From positions 17,791 to 81,790 of the forward strand of contig CAZNKP010000028.1 in the NCBI GenBank assembly GCA_964573805.1: a stretch of DNA of 64,000 bases, in the 5' to 3' direction. This DNA comes from an uncultured Desulfobacterales bacterium (GTDB taxonomy: Bacteria; Desulfobacterota; Dissulfuribacteria; Dissulfuribacterales; QOAL01). The position numbers and the translations under genes were made by a program. The notes under the pieces were generated by a model, which searched no databases, had not been told where the DNA came from, and was given only the letters and a program-made list of their open reading frames with translations. Of this stretch, positions 55,093 through 64,000 are shown piece after piece (position 1 is the stretch's first letter; every line of letters starts with the position of its first letter).

Positions 55093-55108
55093 TAAGATTC
55101 TAATCTTA
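55093..55108. promoter_or_regulatory. 16-bp palindrome TAAGATT-CT-AATCTTA at enhancer distance from the sigma54 promoter
   Basis: Perfect 7-bp arms, about 105-135 nt upstream of the -24/-12 element. Candidate bEBP binding site. Confidence 0.25.
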
Positions 55109-55160
55109 GATATTGATATTTAATGATAAATGTTCCCCGCTATTCTAGGAGTAACCTATT

Positions 55161-55436
55161 TCAACCTTCTGCCTTTTTGTTAAGCTCGTAAACCCACGCT
55201 AGTATCTTTGCCACTATCACATACGTCTCCGGAGGAATTTCAGAGTAAAGATCCAACTTTGATAGGACCTCAACAAGATCTGACTGTTCCTTTATAGGAA
55301 TACCAGCTTCACGAGCGATTTCTATAATCTTTTCTGCAATGCTTCCGTGGCCTTTGGCAATTATTTTTGGGGCAGCGTCATTCAAGGGATCATATTTCAG
55401 GGCCACTGCACTCTTTTTGGGGCCAGCCTTTTTCAT
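55161..55436 (-). CDS. FlhB C-terminal-domain-like protein (EscU/YscU/HrcU family fragment)
   Basis: 91 aa. APKIIAKGHGSIAEKIIEIAREAGIPIKEQSDLVEVL resembles the post-NPTH half of FlhB. Confidence 0.75.
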   Translation of the reverse strand: MKKAGPKKSAVALKYDPLNDAAPKIIAKGHGSIAEKIIEIAREAGIPIKEQSDLVEVLSKLDLYSEIPPETYVIVAKILAWVYELNKKAEG

Positions 55437-55443
55437 AGCAGTA

Positions 55444-57327
55444 TCAAGTCACAATATGAAGCCCGTCAACACCTATTATAGACAAGGTGTTGTCCCAAGA
55501 ATCACTTGCTGTATCGCCTCTTGCACTCACCTCTATATCTCCTAACTGAAAACCTGCCGCCTTAAGAGCAGAAGCAAGATCCGAAAGAGCAAGCCTTATG
55601 GCCTGTACTTTATCCTCTTCTGCCCAAACTGAAATAAAAAGGATATCCCCCCTTTTGAACAGATGGATATCGAGCTTGCCAAGATTTTTTAAGCTAAGGT
55701 CAAAAAATAGATGATACGTTTGTCCCTTAACACGGCCATCCTTATTTGGAGCCTCTTCCTGCCAAAATACCCACTGGCCAACACCATGAAATTGGGAAAA
55801 CAGAAAAGGAACGAGTAAAAAATCAATGCCCTTGTGAAAAAGATGACCATGGATCTCTTGGGCCAGTTCCAATTGGGTTGCAAGTCCCTTTAAAAATGAC
55901 TGAACTGGTTCGCAGTTCTCTTGAGTATGGACCTCTGACCTGTGCACAACAGATTGATCTGATGGCCTGTCCCCAAAACCATCAGCCTTTCCACCCTTAG
56001 CTATAAGCCCGGAATCCCTGCTAGCTGCCGAAAGCCGTGCAGTCAAATCATCTTGTTCTGCTTGTCCCTCTGTGGAGCTTTTAACTACATGGGAACCTCT
56101 GCCTTCAGATGATGCCCCTTTCTCTCCTTTCAACGAACATATATCATCTACTAATGTATCAAGATCTCCAGCATCTTTTATCGTATTTTCAAACAATAGC
56201 TTTGAATTAGTCTTTACTTCCGGTTCATTTAACCGGAAAGGAACTCCCTGTATCCGGGGCCTCTGAACAATCTCGCTTTCATTTTGTACCTTTTGCTTCA
56301 ACAAAGAAGGTTTAGAATCTTTTTTAGAGAATGCTGTATTGATATCTTGCTCATGAGACATTTTTGAATCTACTTTCTTGTCAGAACAGGAATAATCTGT
56401 CCTAATCCCCTTGTTATTGGCTTCTTCCATAAAGCCAAACCTGTCATAAGACCCACCAGCATCCTCCTGCGAAATTGCATAAATACGGGACTTATTGGCA
56501 GCCATACCGTTGTGTGTCGCATCAACAACTTGCCCTTGTGATACTGCAGAAGGTCTAGATCCTAACAAATTCTTAAGGGCAGTTGTCTCTAAAGGGCTTT
56601 TCAAAGGTTTTGTATCAATTGCAGCCTTTTTTAAAATTGTCTTAGCATCATCTAAAATGCAGGGTCCGCTTAAAGGCCCCGCCGTTTCTCCTTTAATGGG
56701 CGTATTTAAATCCGAGTTGTTTTGAAAAGGGCCTGAGCTGTCTTTGCTCTCAGCTTGGGGAACAAGCCCTTTTATTACTTTTGGAAGAACAGGCAGGAGT
56801 CTAACAGTGTCCATAACCCTCTGTTCATCTATTTCTCCTCCGGCACCAATAATGGCAAAAAGCTTTTGGAGCCCTACCTTAGAAAAAGGAGCATTTGCAG
56901 TATCAATAGAATTCAAGCCTTCAAAATCAATATTTTCTACCATGAATTCTAACCGAGAAAGATTTACCTTAGATTTAGCAAGGAGCTGGTTAATCTTTGA
57001 AGCAACATGCTGTCTTTCTGACTTCCAAGACTCCACCTTTACCTTGGCAGGATATCCACCTTCAATCACTTTCAACTTTACAAAGGCCCCTTTTGGAACA
57101 TCAATATTGCCTTTTGCCTTAAGGAGCCCTTGATCCGTCTCAATAAAGGTCATATTGTTGGCCTTAGCCCGTACCTTTCCCTCAACTATCTGACCAGGTA
57201 ACAGCTTTTCTTTAAAAGGATCTGAGCGATAAGTTATCTTATCAGAAGGACAGACAGTTTCTGTATCGTTTACAGAAGACAAATTCTTTTGCAGAATTTC
57301 CAAAAAGTATGAAAAGCCAATGCTCAT
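55444..57327 (-). CDS. fliK: Flagellar hook-length control protein FliK-like
   Basis: 627 aa with a low-complexity Ser/Lys/Asp-rich centre. The C-terminal Flg_hook-like segment reads YHLFFDLSLKNLGKLDIHLFKRGDILFISVWAEEDKVQAIRLALSDLASALKAAGFQLGDIEV. Confidence 0.55.
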   Translation of the reverse strand: MSIGFSYFLEILQKNLSSVNDTETVCPSDKITYRSDPFKEKLLPGQIVEGKVRAKANNMTFIETDQGLLKAKGNIDVPKGAFVKLKVIEGGYPAKVKVESWKSERQHVASKINQLLAKSKVNLSRLEFMVENIDFEGLNSIDTANAPFSKVGLQKLFAIIGAGGEIDEQRVMDTVRLLPVLPKVIKGLVPQAESKDSSGPFQNNSDLNTPIKGETAGPLSGPCILDDAKTILKKAAIDTKPLKSPLETTALKNLLGSRPSAVSQGQVVDATHNGMAANKSRIYAISQEDAGGSYDRFGFMEEANNKGIRTDYSCSDKKVDSKMSHEQDINTAFSKKDSKPSLLKQKVQNESEIVQRPRIQGVPFRLNEPEVKTNSKLLFENTIKDAGDLDTLVDDICSLKGEKGASSEGRGSHVVKSSTEGQAEQDDLTARLSAASRDSGLIAKGGKADGFGDRPSDQSVVHRSEVHTQENCEPVQSFLKGLATQLELAQEIHGHLFHKGIDFLLVPFLFSQFHGVGQWVFWQEEAPNKDGRVKGQTYHLFFDLSLKNLGKLDIHLFKRGDILFISVWAEEDKVQAIRLALSDLASALKAAGFQLGDIEVSARGDTASDSWDNTLSIIGVDGLHIVT

Positions 57328-57401
57328 TTACATACACATCTTTCCTTCATATTTTCAATACAGGTTTTCCCCAATAACTACCTTTTATATCTATTAATTT
57401 C

Positions 57402-57409
57402 TTATCGGC
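57402..57409 (-). promoter_or_regulatory. Sigma28 (FliA) -10 box upstream of the fliK-like gene
   Basis: Minus strand reads GCCGATAA, an exact match to the -10 consensus, about 75 nt upstream of ATG 57327. The -35 (TAAA) region is poorly matched. Confidence 0.35.
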
Positions 57410-57470
57410 AATTAAATGAAACAGGCCAAGAAAAGGCCAATCCTTTTTTAGACATCGAGTAATCATCCTA

Positions 57471-59570
57471 TTAACCTTGCATTGCTTGAATGGCCGTAAT
57501 TGCTACAGTATTTGCCACATCTTCTACCAAACACCCCCTGCTCAGGTCGTTTACTGGTTTCTTGAGCCCCTGAATTATCGGACCTATAGCAACAGCATTG
57601 GAAGAACGTTGCACTGCTTTATATGTATTGTTCCCTGTATTTAAATCCGGAAAGATCAAAACCGTAGCCCTGCCAGCCACTTTACTGCCAGGCGCCTTCT
57701 TCTTAGCGACTTCCATATCCACTGCTGCATCATACTGAAGCGGGCCTTCTATTAACAAATCGGGGCGAAGCCGTCTGGCAATTTTTACAGCCTCGATCAC
57801 CTTTTCTACATCCCTTCCCTTACCAGACTCGCCCGTAGAATAAGATAACATGGCTACGAAGGGCTCGATTCCAAAGGCAGAAGCAGTCTCTGCGGAACTT
57901 ATGGCAATTGCTGCAAGCTCTCTGGCATTGGGATCAGGGTTTACTGCACAATCACCAAAAACCTTTACTTTTGTTGGAAGGCACATAAAAAAGACACTGG
58001 ATGCAATCTCTACTCCTGGCTTGGTCTTTATTATTTGAAAGGCAGGACGCAACACATCTTGGGTTGCATGGGCAGCACCAGAAACCATTCCATTAACCAA
58101 GTCATTGTAAACCATCATGGTCCCAAAATAATTAACATCCAGCATGGCATCCCTCGCGGCATCCAATGTGATTCCTTTGTCTCTCCTTAGCTGATAGAAT
58201 TGCTCTATAAACTGTGTAAGCAATTGACTATCTGTATGATCGATTATTTCCACATCATTTAACTCCACTCCAAGTATCGAGGCACGCTCTAGCACCTCAT
58301 CCCTCTTTCCCAACATGGTAATATCCACCACATCCCTTGTACGCAGTATTTCTGCTGCCCTGAGAATCCGATCGTCATAGCTTTCTGGAAGGACTATCCT
58401 TTGTTTCTTCTTCTTAGCCCACTCAAAAAGCCTGAATTCAAACATCAAGGGAGTAACTATCTCTGAAGCGCTGATTTTGAGCCTCTTTTTTATCTCATAG
58501 ATATCAACCTGCGACTCAAAGGCTCCCAGAGCAAGCTCAACCTTCTTTGGTATATCTGGTCTGATTAGAGGTCTCACCCTGCTTGCATCTATGGCTGACG
58601 TAAACGTGTCTGAATCGACAGCAATTATTGGAATTGCCCTGTTTCTCATGCCCTCCATTAACTGACGGACCCTTCTGCCAGGGACAAGGCCACCAGTCAA
58701 CAAGATGCCCGCAATATTAGGAAATGCCTTGGAAAAAATAGTGGATAGAGTCCCAACAACAATATCTTCCCTATCGCCTGGAGTAATTATGAGGTCCCCA
58801 TTTTCAATATAAGATAGGTAATTATCCAAGGTCATGGCCGCCACCTTGAACTGGGTGGCTATCCTGTTAAGACTCTCTTTCTCGCCATAAATAAACCGGC
58901 AACCCAATCCTTCCATAACTTCACCAACAGTGGGCGAAGAAAGTTCCTTGATCTCAGGGATCACATAAACTGGAGGGGCCCCGTTAGACCCATCTTCAAA
59001 GAAGCGGCTCAACCTCTCAATACAACCTGGCTCCACCCTGTTCACAATAGTCGCCAAATGGAAACAGCCCTCGGCTGCAATGGTGTCTCTGGTAATCTTT
59101 ACCTCTTCAACTATCTCCTTAAAACGCTGCCCCCTTCCAGAGATGACCCCTATAAGTCCTGCTCCCAAATTTTTGGCGATATTTATATTGGCATCAACAT
59201 CAAATCCGCTGCTTATGCCAGAAGATTCAAAACCTTCAATAATCATAAAATCATAGTTTCGCCTAATTTCGTTGTACTTTTCCAAAATTGTCTGGACTAT
59301 TTCCTTAAAACGGCCTTCGGCCCCAAGGGACTGAACCTCGTCAACCTTGAAAACGTGAGCATCTTTGTAAGAAATGTCTATATTGTATCTTGTCAGAATG
59401 AGATGCAAATCATTGTCAGGCCTCTGCTCTGAGCGAATTACAGGTCTGAAAAAACCAACCTTGCTGACCTCTCTCGAAATCATCTCCATCATCCCCAAGG
59501 TTACCATGAGCTTTCCTGCCTTCGGCTCTAGAGATGTTATATAAATGGCCTTGTGTCCTTCTTCTTTCAT
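57471..59570 (-). CDS. pta: Phosphate acetyltransferase, long form (N-terminal P-loop/DRTGG domains plus PTA_PTB domain)
   Basis: 699 aa. The C-terminal 330 aa are Pta-like (RIVLPESYDDRILRAAE..., GDCAVNPDPNA, GPIIQGLKKPVNDLSRG). Confidence 0.92.
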   Translation of the reverse strand: MKEEGHKAIYITSLEPKAGKLMVTLGMMEMISREVSKVGFFRPVIRSEQRPDNDLHLILTRYNIDISYKDAHVFKVDEVQSLGAEGRFKEIVQTILEKYNEIRRNYDFMIIEGFESSGISSGFDVDANINIAKNLGAGLIGVISGRGQRFKEIVEEVKITRDTIAAEGCFHLATIVNRVEPGCIERLSRFFEDGSNGAPPVYVIPEIKELSSPTVGEVMEGLGCRFIYGEKESLNRIATQFKVAAMTLDNYLSYIENGDLIITPGDREDIVVGTLSTIFSKAFPNIAGILLTGGLVPGRRVRQLMEGMRNRAIPIIAVDSDTFTSAIDASRVRPLIRPDIPKKVELALGAFESQVDIYEIKKRLKISASEIVTPLMFEFRLFEWAKKKKQRIVLPESYDDRILRAAEILRTRDVVDITMLGKRDEVLERASILGVELNDVEIIDHTDSQLLTQFIEQFYQLRRDKGITLDAARDAMLDVNYFGTMMVYNDLVNGMVSGAAHATQDVLRPAFQIIKTKPGVEIASSVFFMCLPTKVKVFGDCAVNPDPNARELAAIAISSAETASAFGIEPFVAMLSYSTGESGKGRDVEKVIEAVKIARRLRPDLLIEGPLQYDAAVDMEVAKKKAPGSKVAGRATVLIFPDLNTGNNTYKAVQRSSNAVAIGPIIQGLKKPVNDLSRGCLVEDVANTVAITAIQAMQG

Positions 59571-59741
59571 GTACAGCTCCTTATGATCAAATTAAAACTA
59601 TCTCCCCAACAATCGCCTTTTATCTAGGGAAATTTCTATTCCTCAGAAATAGTCCAATGTCCCTTACTTTTTCATTTTTTAATATACACGTCCCAGAAAT
59701 GAATGTTAATTTTTAAGGCAGAGAAGAAAAAAGGGCCTCTC

Positions 59742-61250
59742 ATGTTCAAGGAATTCTTTCAAAACATTAAAGAACGACTCTATATTTTTAATTATCTTGG
59801 TTCCTTGCTCGTTATTACAGGACTTTTTATGCTCTTGCCTCTTATTCCTATATTCATCTACAATGAAGAACAAAGCCTTCACACATTTATTATACCAGCG
59901 GTCCTCTCTCTTCTTACCGGAGGATTGCTACATATGTATTTCCCTCTGAAAAAACCTTCTGTCAGAGGGGCCATGATAATTACTGCCCTTGGCTGGATAA
60001 TAGTAGGCCTCATTGGCGGACTCCCTTACATAATAGGCCTTAAAAAGAGCTTTATAGATGCATTTTTTGAATCTGTAAGCGGTTTTACCACAACAGGTAT
60101 AACTGTTTTTGAGCATCTTGACTCTATGCCGAGGTGTATTTTGTTCTGGAGGGCCTTTACCCAGTGGCTTGGAGGTATAGGAATCCTTTCCTTTTTTATG
60201 GCCGTAAGCTTCAGGAGTGGCAGTATTGCTGCCAGCCTTTTCAGTGCCGAAGGTCACAAAGTGACTGTTGCCCGGCCTGCCCCTGGCATATTTCATACCT
60301 TGGTGATTCTTTGGAGTATCTATGGACTCTTTTCCATATTCTCATTTTTTCTCTTTTTTGTTGGTGGAATGAATGCCTTTGACGCCATAACACATGCATT
60401 TACTTGCATCTCCACCGGTGGATTCTCCACACATGATGCCAGCCTGGCATATTGGGAACAAAAAAAGATAGGACATCCTTGGTTTATTGAACTTTCTGCC
60501 GTTGCCATTATGCTTGCCGGGGGGACAAACTTCCTCATTCATTACAGGATATTTCAGGGTAAGATAAAAACCTTATTCAAGGATTTTGAAATGAAATGGT
60601 ACTGGCTGTTTGCGGCAAGTGCAGTATCTGTCATCATGCTGGATCATTTTATTGCCTTTATTCAGACAGAACCTATTGATATCACGGATTTTTGTAAGAT
60701 ATTTCGCATCTCGATATTTCAAGTAAGCTCTCTTATAACCAGTACAGGCTATCTAACAGTGGATATAAATTCTCCCTTTTTCCCTGCCCTTAGCAAACAG
60801 GTACTCCTTACGCTTATGATTATCGGGGGATGTATTGGCTCTACAGCTGGAGGCATCAAGGTCATGAGAGCCGGTCTGCTTTTCCGTCTCTTTTATCTGG
60901 AGTTAAAAAAACTTGTCAGGCCAAGACGGGCAGTGCTCCCTCTTGTCATTTCAGGGAAAATAGTTGACTCGGATGAAATATACAGGATTGCGGCCTTGGT
61001 TTGGGGATGGCTAGTCATTGTTATGACAGGGGCCTTTATAACAGCCTTCTTTTCGGATCTTGACCCATGGCAGGCCCTTTCAGGCATGGCCTCTGCCATG
61101 GGCAATATGGGACCTTTTTATTTTTCTGTACACAAGATGGCTACATTAAGCTGGATAATTAAGCTTACCTACATATTTGCAATGCTTGCCGGGCGGTTAG
61201 AAATACTTCCGCTTGCAGTGCTTATCACCATTTTATTCAGGAGGCTGTAA
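59742..61250 (+). CDS. trkH: TrkH-family potassium uptake membrane protein
   Basis: Repeated M1-P-M2 units with pore motifs SGFTTTG, STGG and STGY. ATG 59742 is preferred over ATG 59703, but the start is uncertain. Confidence 0.88.
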   Translation: MFKEFFQNIKERLYIFNYLGSLLVITGLFMLLPLIPIFIYNEEQSLHTFIIPAVLSLLTGGLLHMYFPLKKPSVRGAMIITALGWIIVGLIGGLPYIIGLKKSFIDAFFESVSGFTTTGITVFEHLDSMPRCILFWRAFTQWLGGIGILSFFMAVSFRSGSIAASLFSAEGHKVTVARPAPGIFHTLVILWSIYGLFSIFSFFLFFVGGMNAFDAITHAFTCISTGGFSTHDASLAYWEQKKIGHPWFIELSAVAIMLAGGTNFLIHYRIFQGKIKTLFKDFEMKWYWLFAASAVSVIMLDHFIAFIQTEPIDITDFCKIFRISIFQVSSLITSTGYLTVDINSPFFPALSKQVLLTLMIIGGCIGSTAGGIKVMRAGLLFRLFYLELKKLVRPRRAVLPLVISGKIVDSDEIYRIAALVWGWLVIVMTGAFITAFFSDLDPWQALSGMASAMGNMGPFYFSVHKMATLSWIIKLTYIFAMLAGRLEILPLAVLITILFRRL

Positions 61251-61936
61251 TGTACATCATTATTGCAGGGGGAGGCATTGCCGGCTCTTCTATCGCGATC
61301 AAACTCATAGACAGAAAACATGACGTGGTTGTTATAGACAAAAAAATCGAGGTATGCAAAGACCTTTATGCCAACTATGGAATTATTACAATAAATGGAG
61401 ACGCTCGTAATATAGAGGTCTTAAAAGAGGCTGGCCTGCACAGGGCAGACGCGGCCCTTGGCACCCTCTATCTGGATGCAGACAATCTAACCTTTGCCCT
61501 TCTTGCTCATAGTGCAAAGGTGCCAAGAATATTAGTAAAAATGAGGGATCCTGCCTATCAAGAGGCCTACAAGGTAGCAGGTGTCAGTTCTATCTGCGAT
61601 ATGAGTTCCATGTTTACAAACAAGGTGCTCATAGAGCTAGAAAGTCCACAAATAAAAGTGGTAACTAATATAGAAAAAGGAAAGGCCCTGCTCGTCATGT
61701 TTGAGTTACCTCAAAACCTGCCTGCAGAAGGGATAAAGGTGCAAGACATAGTGAAAGATCCTGCCTTTGCCACAGACTGCGTTTTTGCAGGGGTGGTTGA
61801 TGAGAAAAGAGAAAAAATTATCCTGCCAAGAGGAAACGATAAACTTTACCCTGGCAGCAAGGTCTTTTTGGTTGTAAATAAAAAAGGTTTAGCCTCATTG
61901 GGCAATTATCTTAAAAAGGTAGAAAACAAGGTATAG
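61250..61936 (+). CDS. trkA: TrkA-type NAD-binding regulatory subunit (RCK N and C domains)
   Basis: MYIIIAGGGIAGSSIA Rossmann motif. The start overlaps the trkH stop as TAATG. Confidence 0.85.
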   Translation: MYIIIAGGGIAGSSIAIKLIDRKHDVVVIDKKIEVCKDLYANYGIITINGDARNIEVLKEAGLHRADAALGTLYLDADNLTFALLAHSAKVPRILVKMRDPAYQEAYKVAGVSSICDMSSMFTNKVLIELESPQIKVVTNIEKGKALLVMFELPQNLPAEGIKVQDIVKDPAFATDCVFAGVVDEKREKIILPRGNDKLYPGSKVFLVVNKKGLASLGNYLKKVENKV

Positions 61937-62000
61937 CCACTTACTAGCTGGAAAAACTTGCTGTAGCGTGCTAACATCACTCAAAAATGCATAGTTAGAG

Positions 62001-62390
62001 GTGTTCTCACCTATGTATGCCTTTCATCTTATAGCAGAAAAAAGAATAAAAAAGGCGATGCAGCAAGGACAATTTGACAATTTGCCCGGAAAGGGCAAGC
62101 CCCTAGTATTTGAAGACGATTCAATGATTCCGGAAGATCTCAGAATGGCGTATAAGATTTTGAAAAATGCCGGTTTTTTGCCTCCTGAACTACAAACAGA
62201 AAAGGAAATCAAACAGGCTGTAGATTTGCTGGAAAGCTTGGACGACGAGAAACAGCGTTACCGCCAAGTAACAAAATTAAATGTCATTATTACCAAGATG
62301 AACATGATGCGGAAAAGACCAGTAAACCTTGAGGTCAATCAGCTCTATTACAGAAAAATTGTTGAGAAGGTCAAGGTAAGAAAAAAATAG
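62001..62390 (+). CDS. DUF1992 (DnaJ-C28-like) domain protein
   Basis: IAEKRIKKAMQQGQFDNLPGKGKPL signature. GTG 62001 or ATG 62013 as start. Confidence 0.75.
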   Translation: MFSPMYAFHLIAEKRIKKAMQQGQFDNLPGKGKPLVFEDDSMIPEDLRMAYKILKNAGFLPPELQTEKEIKQAVDLLESLDDEKQRYRQVTKLNVIITKMNMMRKRPVNLEVNQLYYRKIVEKVKVRKK

Positions 62391-62497
62391 CTCGTCTCTG
62401 GACAGAAAGATAAGAATCAGGGGCTTTGTCCCTGCCAAGCCGTAAGAGCTTATCTTATCTTATTTTATTTCATCTGTGTTAATTGAAAGCTCATCTA

Positions 62498-63799
62498 ATG
62501 ACCTACTGCACCTCATGGGGATTGTATCCAAGGATTCGATGTAATCTAATAAGATTCCACAAAGACGATTTCTTAAGGCAAGTCCTAAAAAGGGATAACA
62601 CATTCATTCCCAAAGGCAACAGCAGAAGCTATGGTGACTGTGCCTTAAACAAAAACGTTATAGATGTACGCCCAAAAAACTACTTTATAGATTTCAACAA
62701 TAAAACGGGGCTGTTGCACGTTCAGGCAGGGGTGCTACTTGCAGAAATTCTCGAAGTCTTTGTCCCAAGGGGTTGGTTTTTAAAAATTACACCAGGCACA
62801 AAATTCATAACCATTGGAGGAGCCATAGCATCAGATGTCCATGGCAAAAATCATCATATCGATGGCTGCTTTAGCAGTTGTGTCAAGGAATTTCGCATCA
62901 TGTTACCTGATGGGGAGGTTGTTACATGCACAAAGGATAAGAACCCGGATTTATGGAATGCCACCTGTGGAGGTATGGGACTAACAGGTGTAATTCTTGA
63001 TGCCAAAATTTATCTAAAGAGGATCCATTCCTGCTACATTCACCAAAAAACGTACAAGGCAGACAACCTTTTAGAAACTTTCGAACTGTTTGAGGCAAAC
63101 AGACAAGCACCTTACTCGGTTGCATGGATAGACTGTATTAGCAAAGGAAAGGCCCTGGGACGATCTCTCGTTATGGTTGGGGACTTTTTGGACAACGGCA
63201 ATTTAGAGCTACCTTCAAAATATCAACTTAGCATACCATTCTATTTACCCAGAGCCACACTAAACAAGTGGTTTATCAAGACATTCAACCTCCTTTACTA
63301 TCATAAACACCACACAAAAATCTCACAGAAAAAAGTGGACCTGGATACCTTTTTTTATCCTCTAGACACTATAGGCCATTGGAATCGTATTTATGGCAAA
63401 AAAGGATTTTTGCAATATCAGTTTATTTTACCTAAAGAAGCCAGCTTTCATGGGCTAAAGGAGATATTAACGACCCTTTCAAAGGCAAAAAAAAGCCCAT
63501 TTCTTGGCGTGCTTAAACTTTATGGCCCTGCCAACAGTAATTGGCTATCTTTCCCTTTAGAAGGATATTCCATGGCCTTAGACCTTAAAATAGAAAGAGG
63601 GATCTTCAAACTGCTAAACAGGCTTGATCAGATTGTCCTTCGTCACCACGGACGTCTTTATTTGACAAAAGACGCCCGGATGTCTAGACAAACAGTTGAT
63701 GCAGGTTATCCAAATATACATAGATTTCGAGAACTCAGAAAAGATTACAACATGAACAAAAAATTTCAATCTCTCCAGTCCAGAAGACTGGACATTTAG
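62498..63799 (+). CDS. FAD-binding oxidoreductase, DprE1-like
   Basis: WGLYP...GNSRSYGDCALN and FAD-binding PCMH-type segments (TIGGAIASDVHGKNHH). ATG 62498 is preferred over TTG 62483. Confidence 0.7.
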   Translation: MTYCTSWGLYPRIRCNLIRFHKDDFLRQVLKRDNTFIPKGNSRSYGDCALNKNVIDVRPKNYFIDFNNKTGLLHVQAGVLLAEILEVFVPRGWFLKITPGTKFITIGGAIASDVHGKNHHIDGCFSSCVKEFRIMLPDGEVVTCTKDKNPDLWNATCGGMGLTGVILDAKIYLKRIHSCYIHQKTYKADNLLETFELFEANRQAPYSVAWIDCISKGKALGRSLVMVGDFLDNGNLELPSKYQLSIPFYLPRATLNKWFIKTFNLLYYHKHHTKISQKKVDLDTFFYPLDTIGHWNRIYGKKGFLQYQFILPKEASFHGLKEILTTLSKAKKSPFLGVLKLYGPANSNWLSFPLEGYSMALDLKIERGIFKLLNRLDQIVLRHHGRLYLTKDARMSRQTVDAGYPNIHRFRELRKDYNMNKKFQSLQSRRLDI

Positions 63800-63807
63800 G
63801 GCTTATT

Positions 63808-64000
63808 ATGAGTTATGTATTAATAATTGGGGCAAAAAGCGATATTGCCAAGGCCATAGCTAGAACTTATGCCAAGAATGGCTACGATCTGTATCTGGCA
63901 GCAAGAAATAGTAATGAACTCCAAGGCCTTGCTAGAGACATAAAGATAAGGACTCAAAGAGACGTCCGATTATTGGAGCTTGATATACTTGATTACACCA
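63808..64000 (+). CDS. Short-chain dehydrogenase/reductase (DprE2-like), 3' end cut by window edge
   Basis: MSYVLIIGAKSDIAKAIARTYAKNGYDLYLAARN has the glycine-rich SDR cofactor motif. Starts 9 nt after the FAD oxidoreductase stop. Confidence 0.7.
   Translation, partial: MSYVLIIGAKSDIAKAIARTYAKNGYDLYLAARNSNELQGLARDIKIRTQRDVRLLELDILDYT

Overview
The window is a core-chromosome segment, mostly on the minus strand, from a flagellated dissimilatory sulfate/sulfite reducer. The gene content looks Desulfobacterota- or Thermodesulfobacteriota-like, but the taxon cannot be fixed without a search. All calls rest on reading the sequence and the supplied translations; no database search was run, and RNA ends and promoter positions are approximate.

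The left third is a dsr supercluster:
- dsrABD at 2550-5400.
- dsrT-dsrMKJOP at 9636-15251.
- A divergent unit of B12-radical-SAM, dsrN and ferredoxin at 15514-19023.
- Between these blocks sit two YkgJ-type Cys-cluster proteins, a Zn-ribbon/HEAT/TPR protein and a TPR protein.

The remaining genes, in order:
- A mini-exosortase pair, ribF, tRNA-Leu(CAG), a small DMT transporter, tyrS and rny.
- A 6S RNA candidate behind zapB-zapA, then a short glmU-like gene.
- The b'-b-delta-alpha-gamma-beta-epsilon half of the F-ATP synthase.
- queE, queD, a yggS-family gene, maf, tatD and a GAF histidine kinase.
- fabD, a GcvH-like protein, moaA, murA, secDF and nrdR.
- A late-flagellar block: fliK-like, FlhB-C-like, flgFGAHI, a rod-binding protein, an FlgN-position protein, flgKL, csrA and fliW.
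- pta, trkHA, a DUF1992 protein and a DprE1/DprE2-like pair cut by the right edge.

I saw no CRISPR array, transposase, integrase or prophage signal.

The most interesting result is two tiny paralogous ORFs missing from the ORF track (9406-9600 on plus, 37955-38160 on minus). Each has an in-frame TGA at the same aligned column of a C-x-x-U motif, and each TGA is followed by a SECIS-like hairpin. They look like a small Cys-rich selenoprotein family, and one copy also has a frame break.

Secondary observations:
- ATGAA/TTCAT palindromes shared by the dsrA, atp and dsrT/dsrN control regions.
- An inverted-repeat-bounded noncoding element upstream of rny.
- A His-rich extension on ATP synthase subunit b.
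- A GcvH-like protein with no lipoyl lysine.
- A strongly signalled 68-aa secreted mini-protein.
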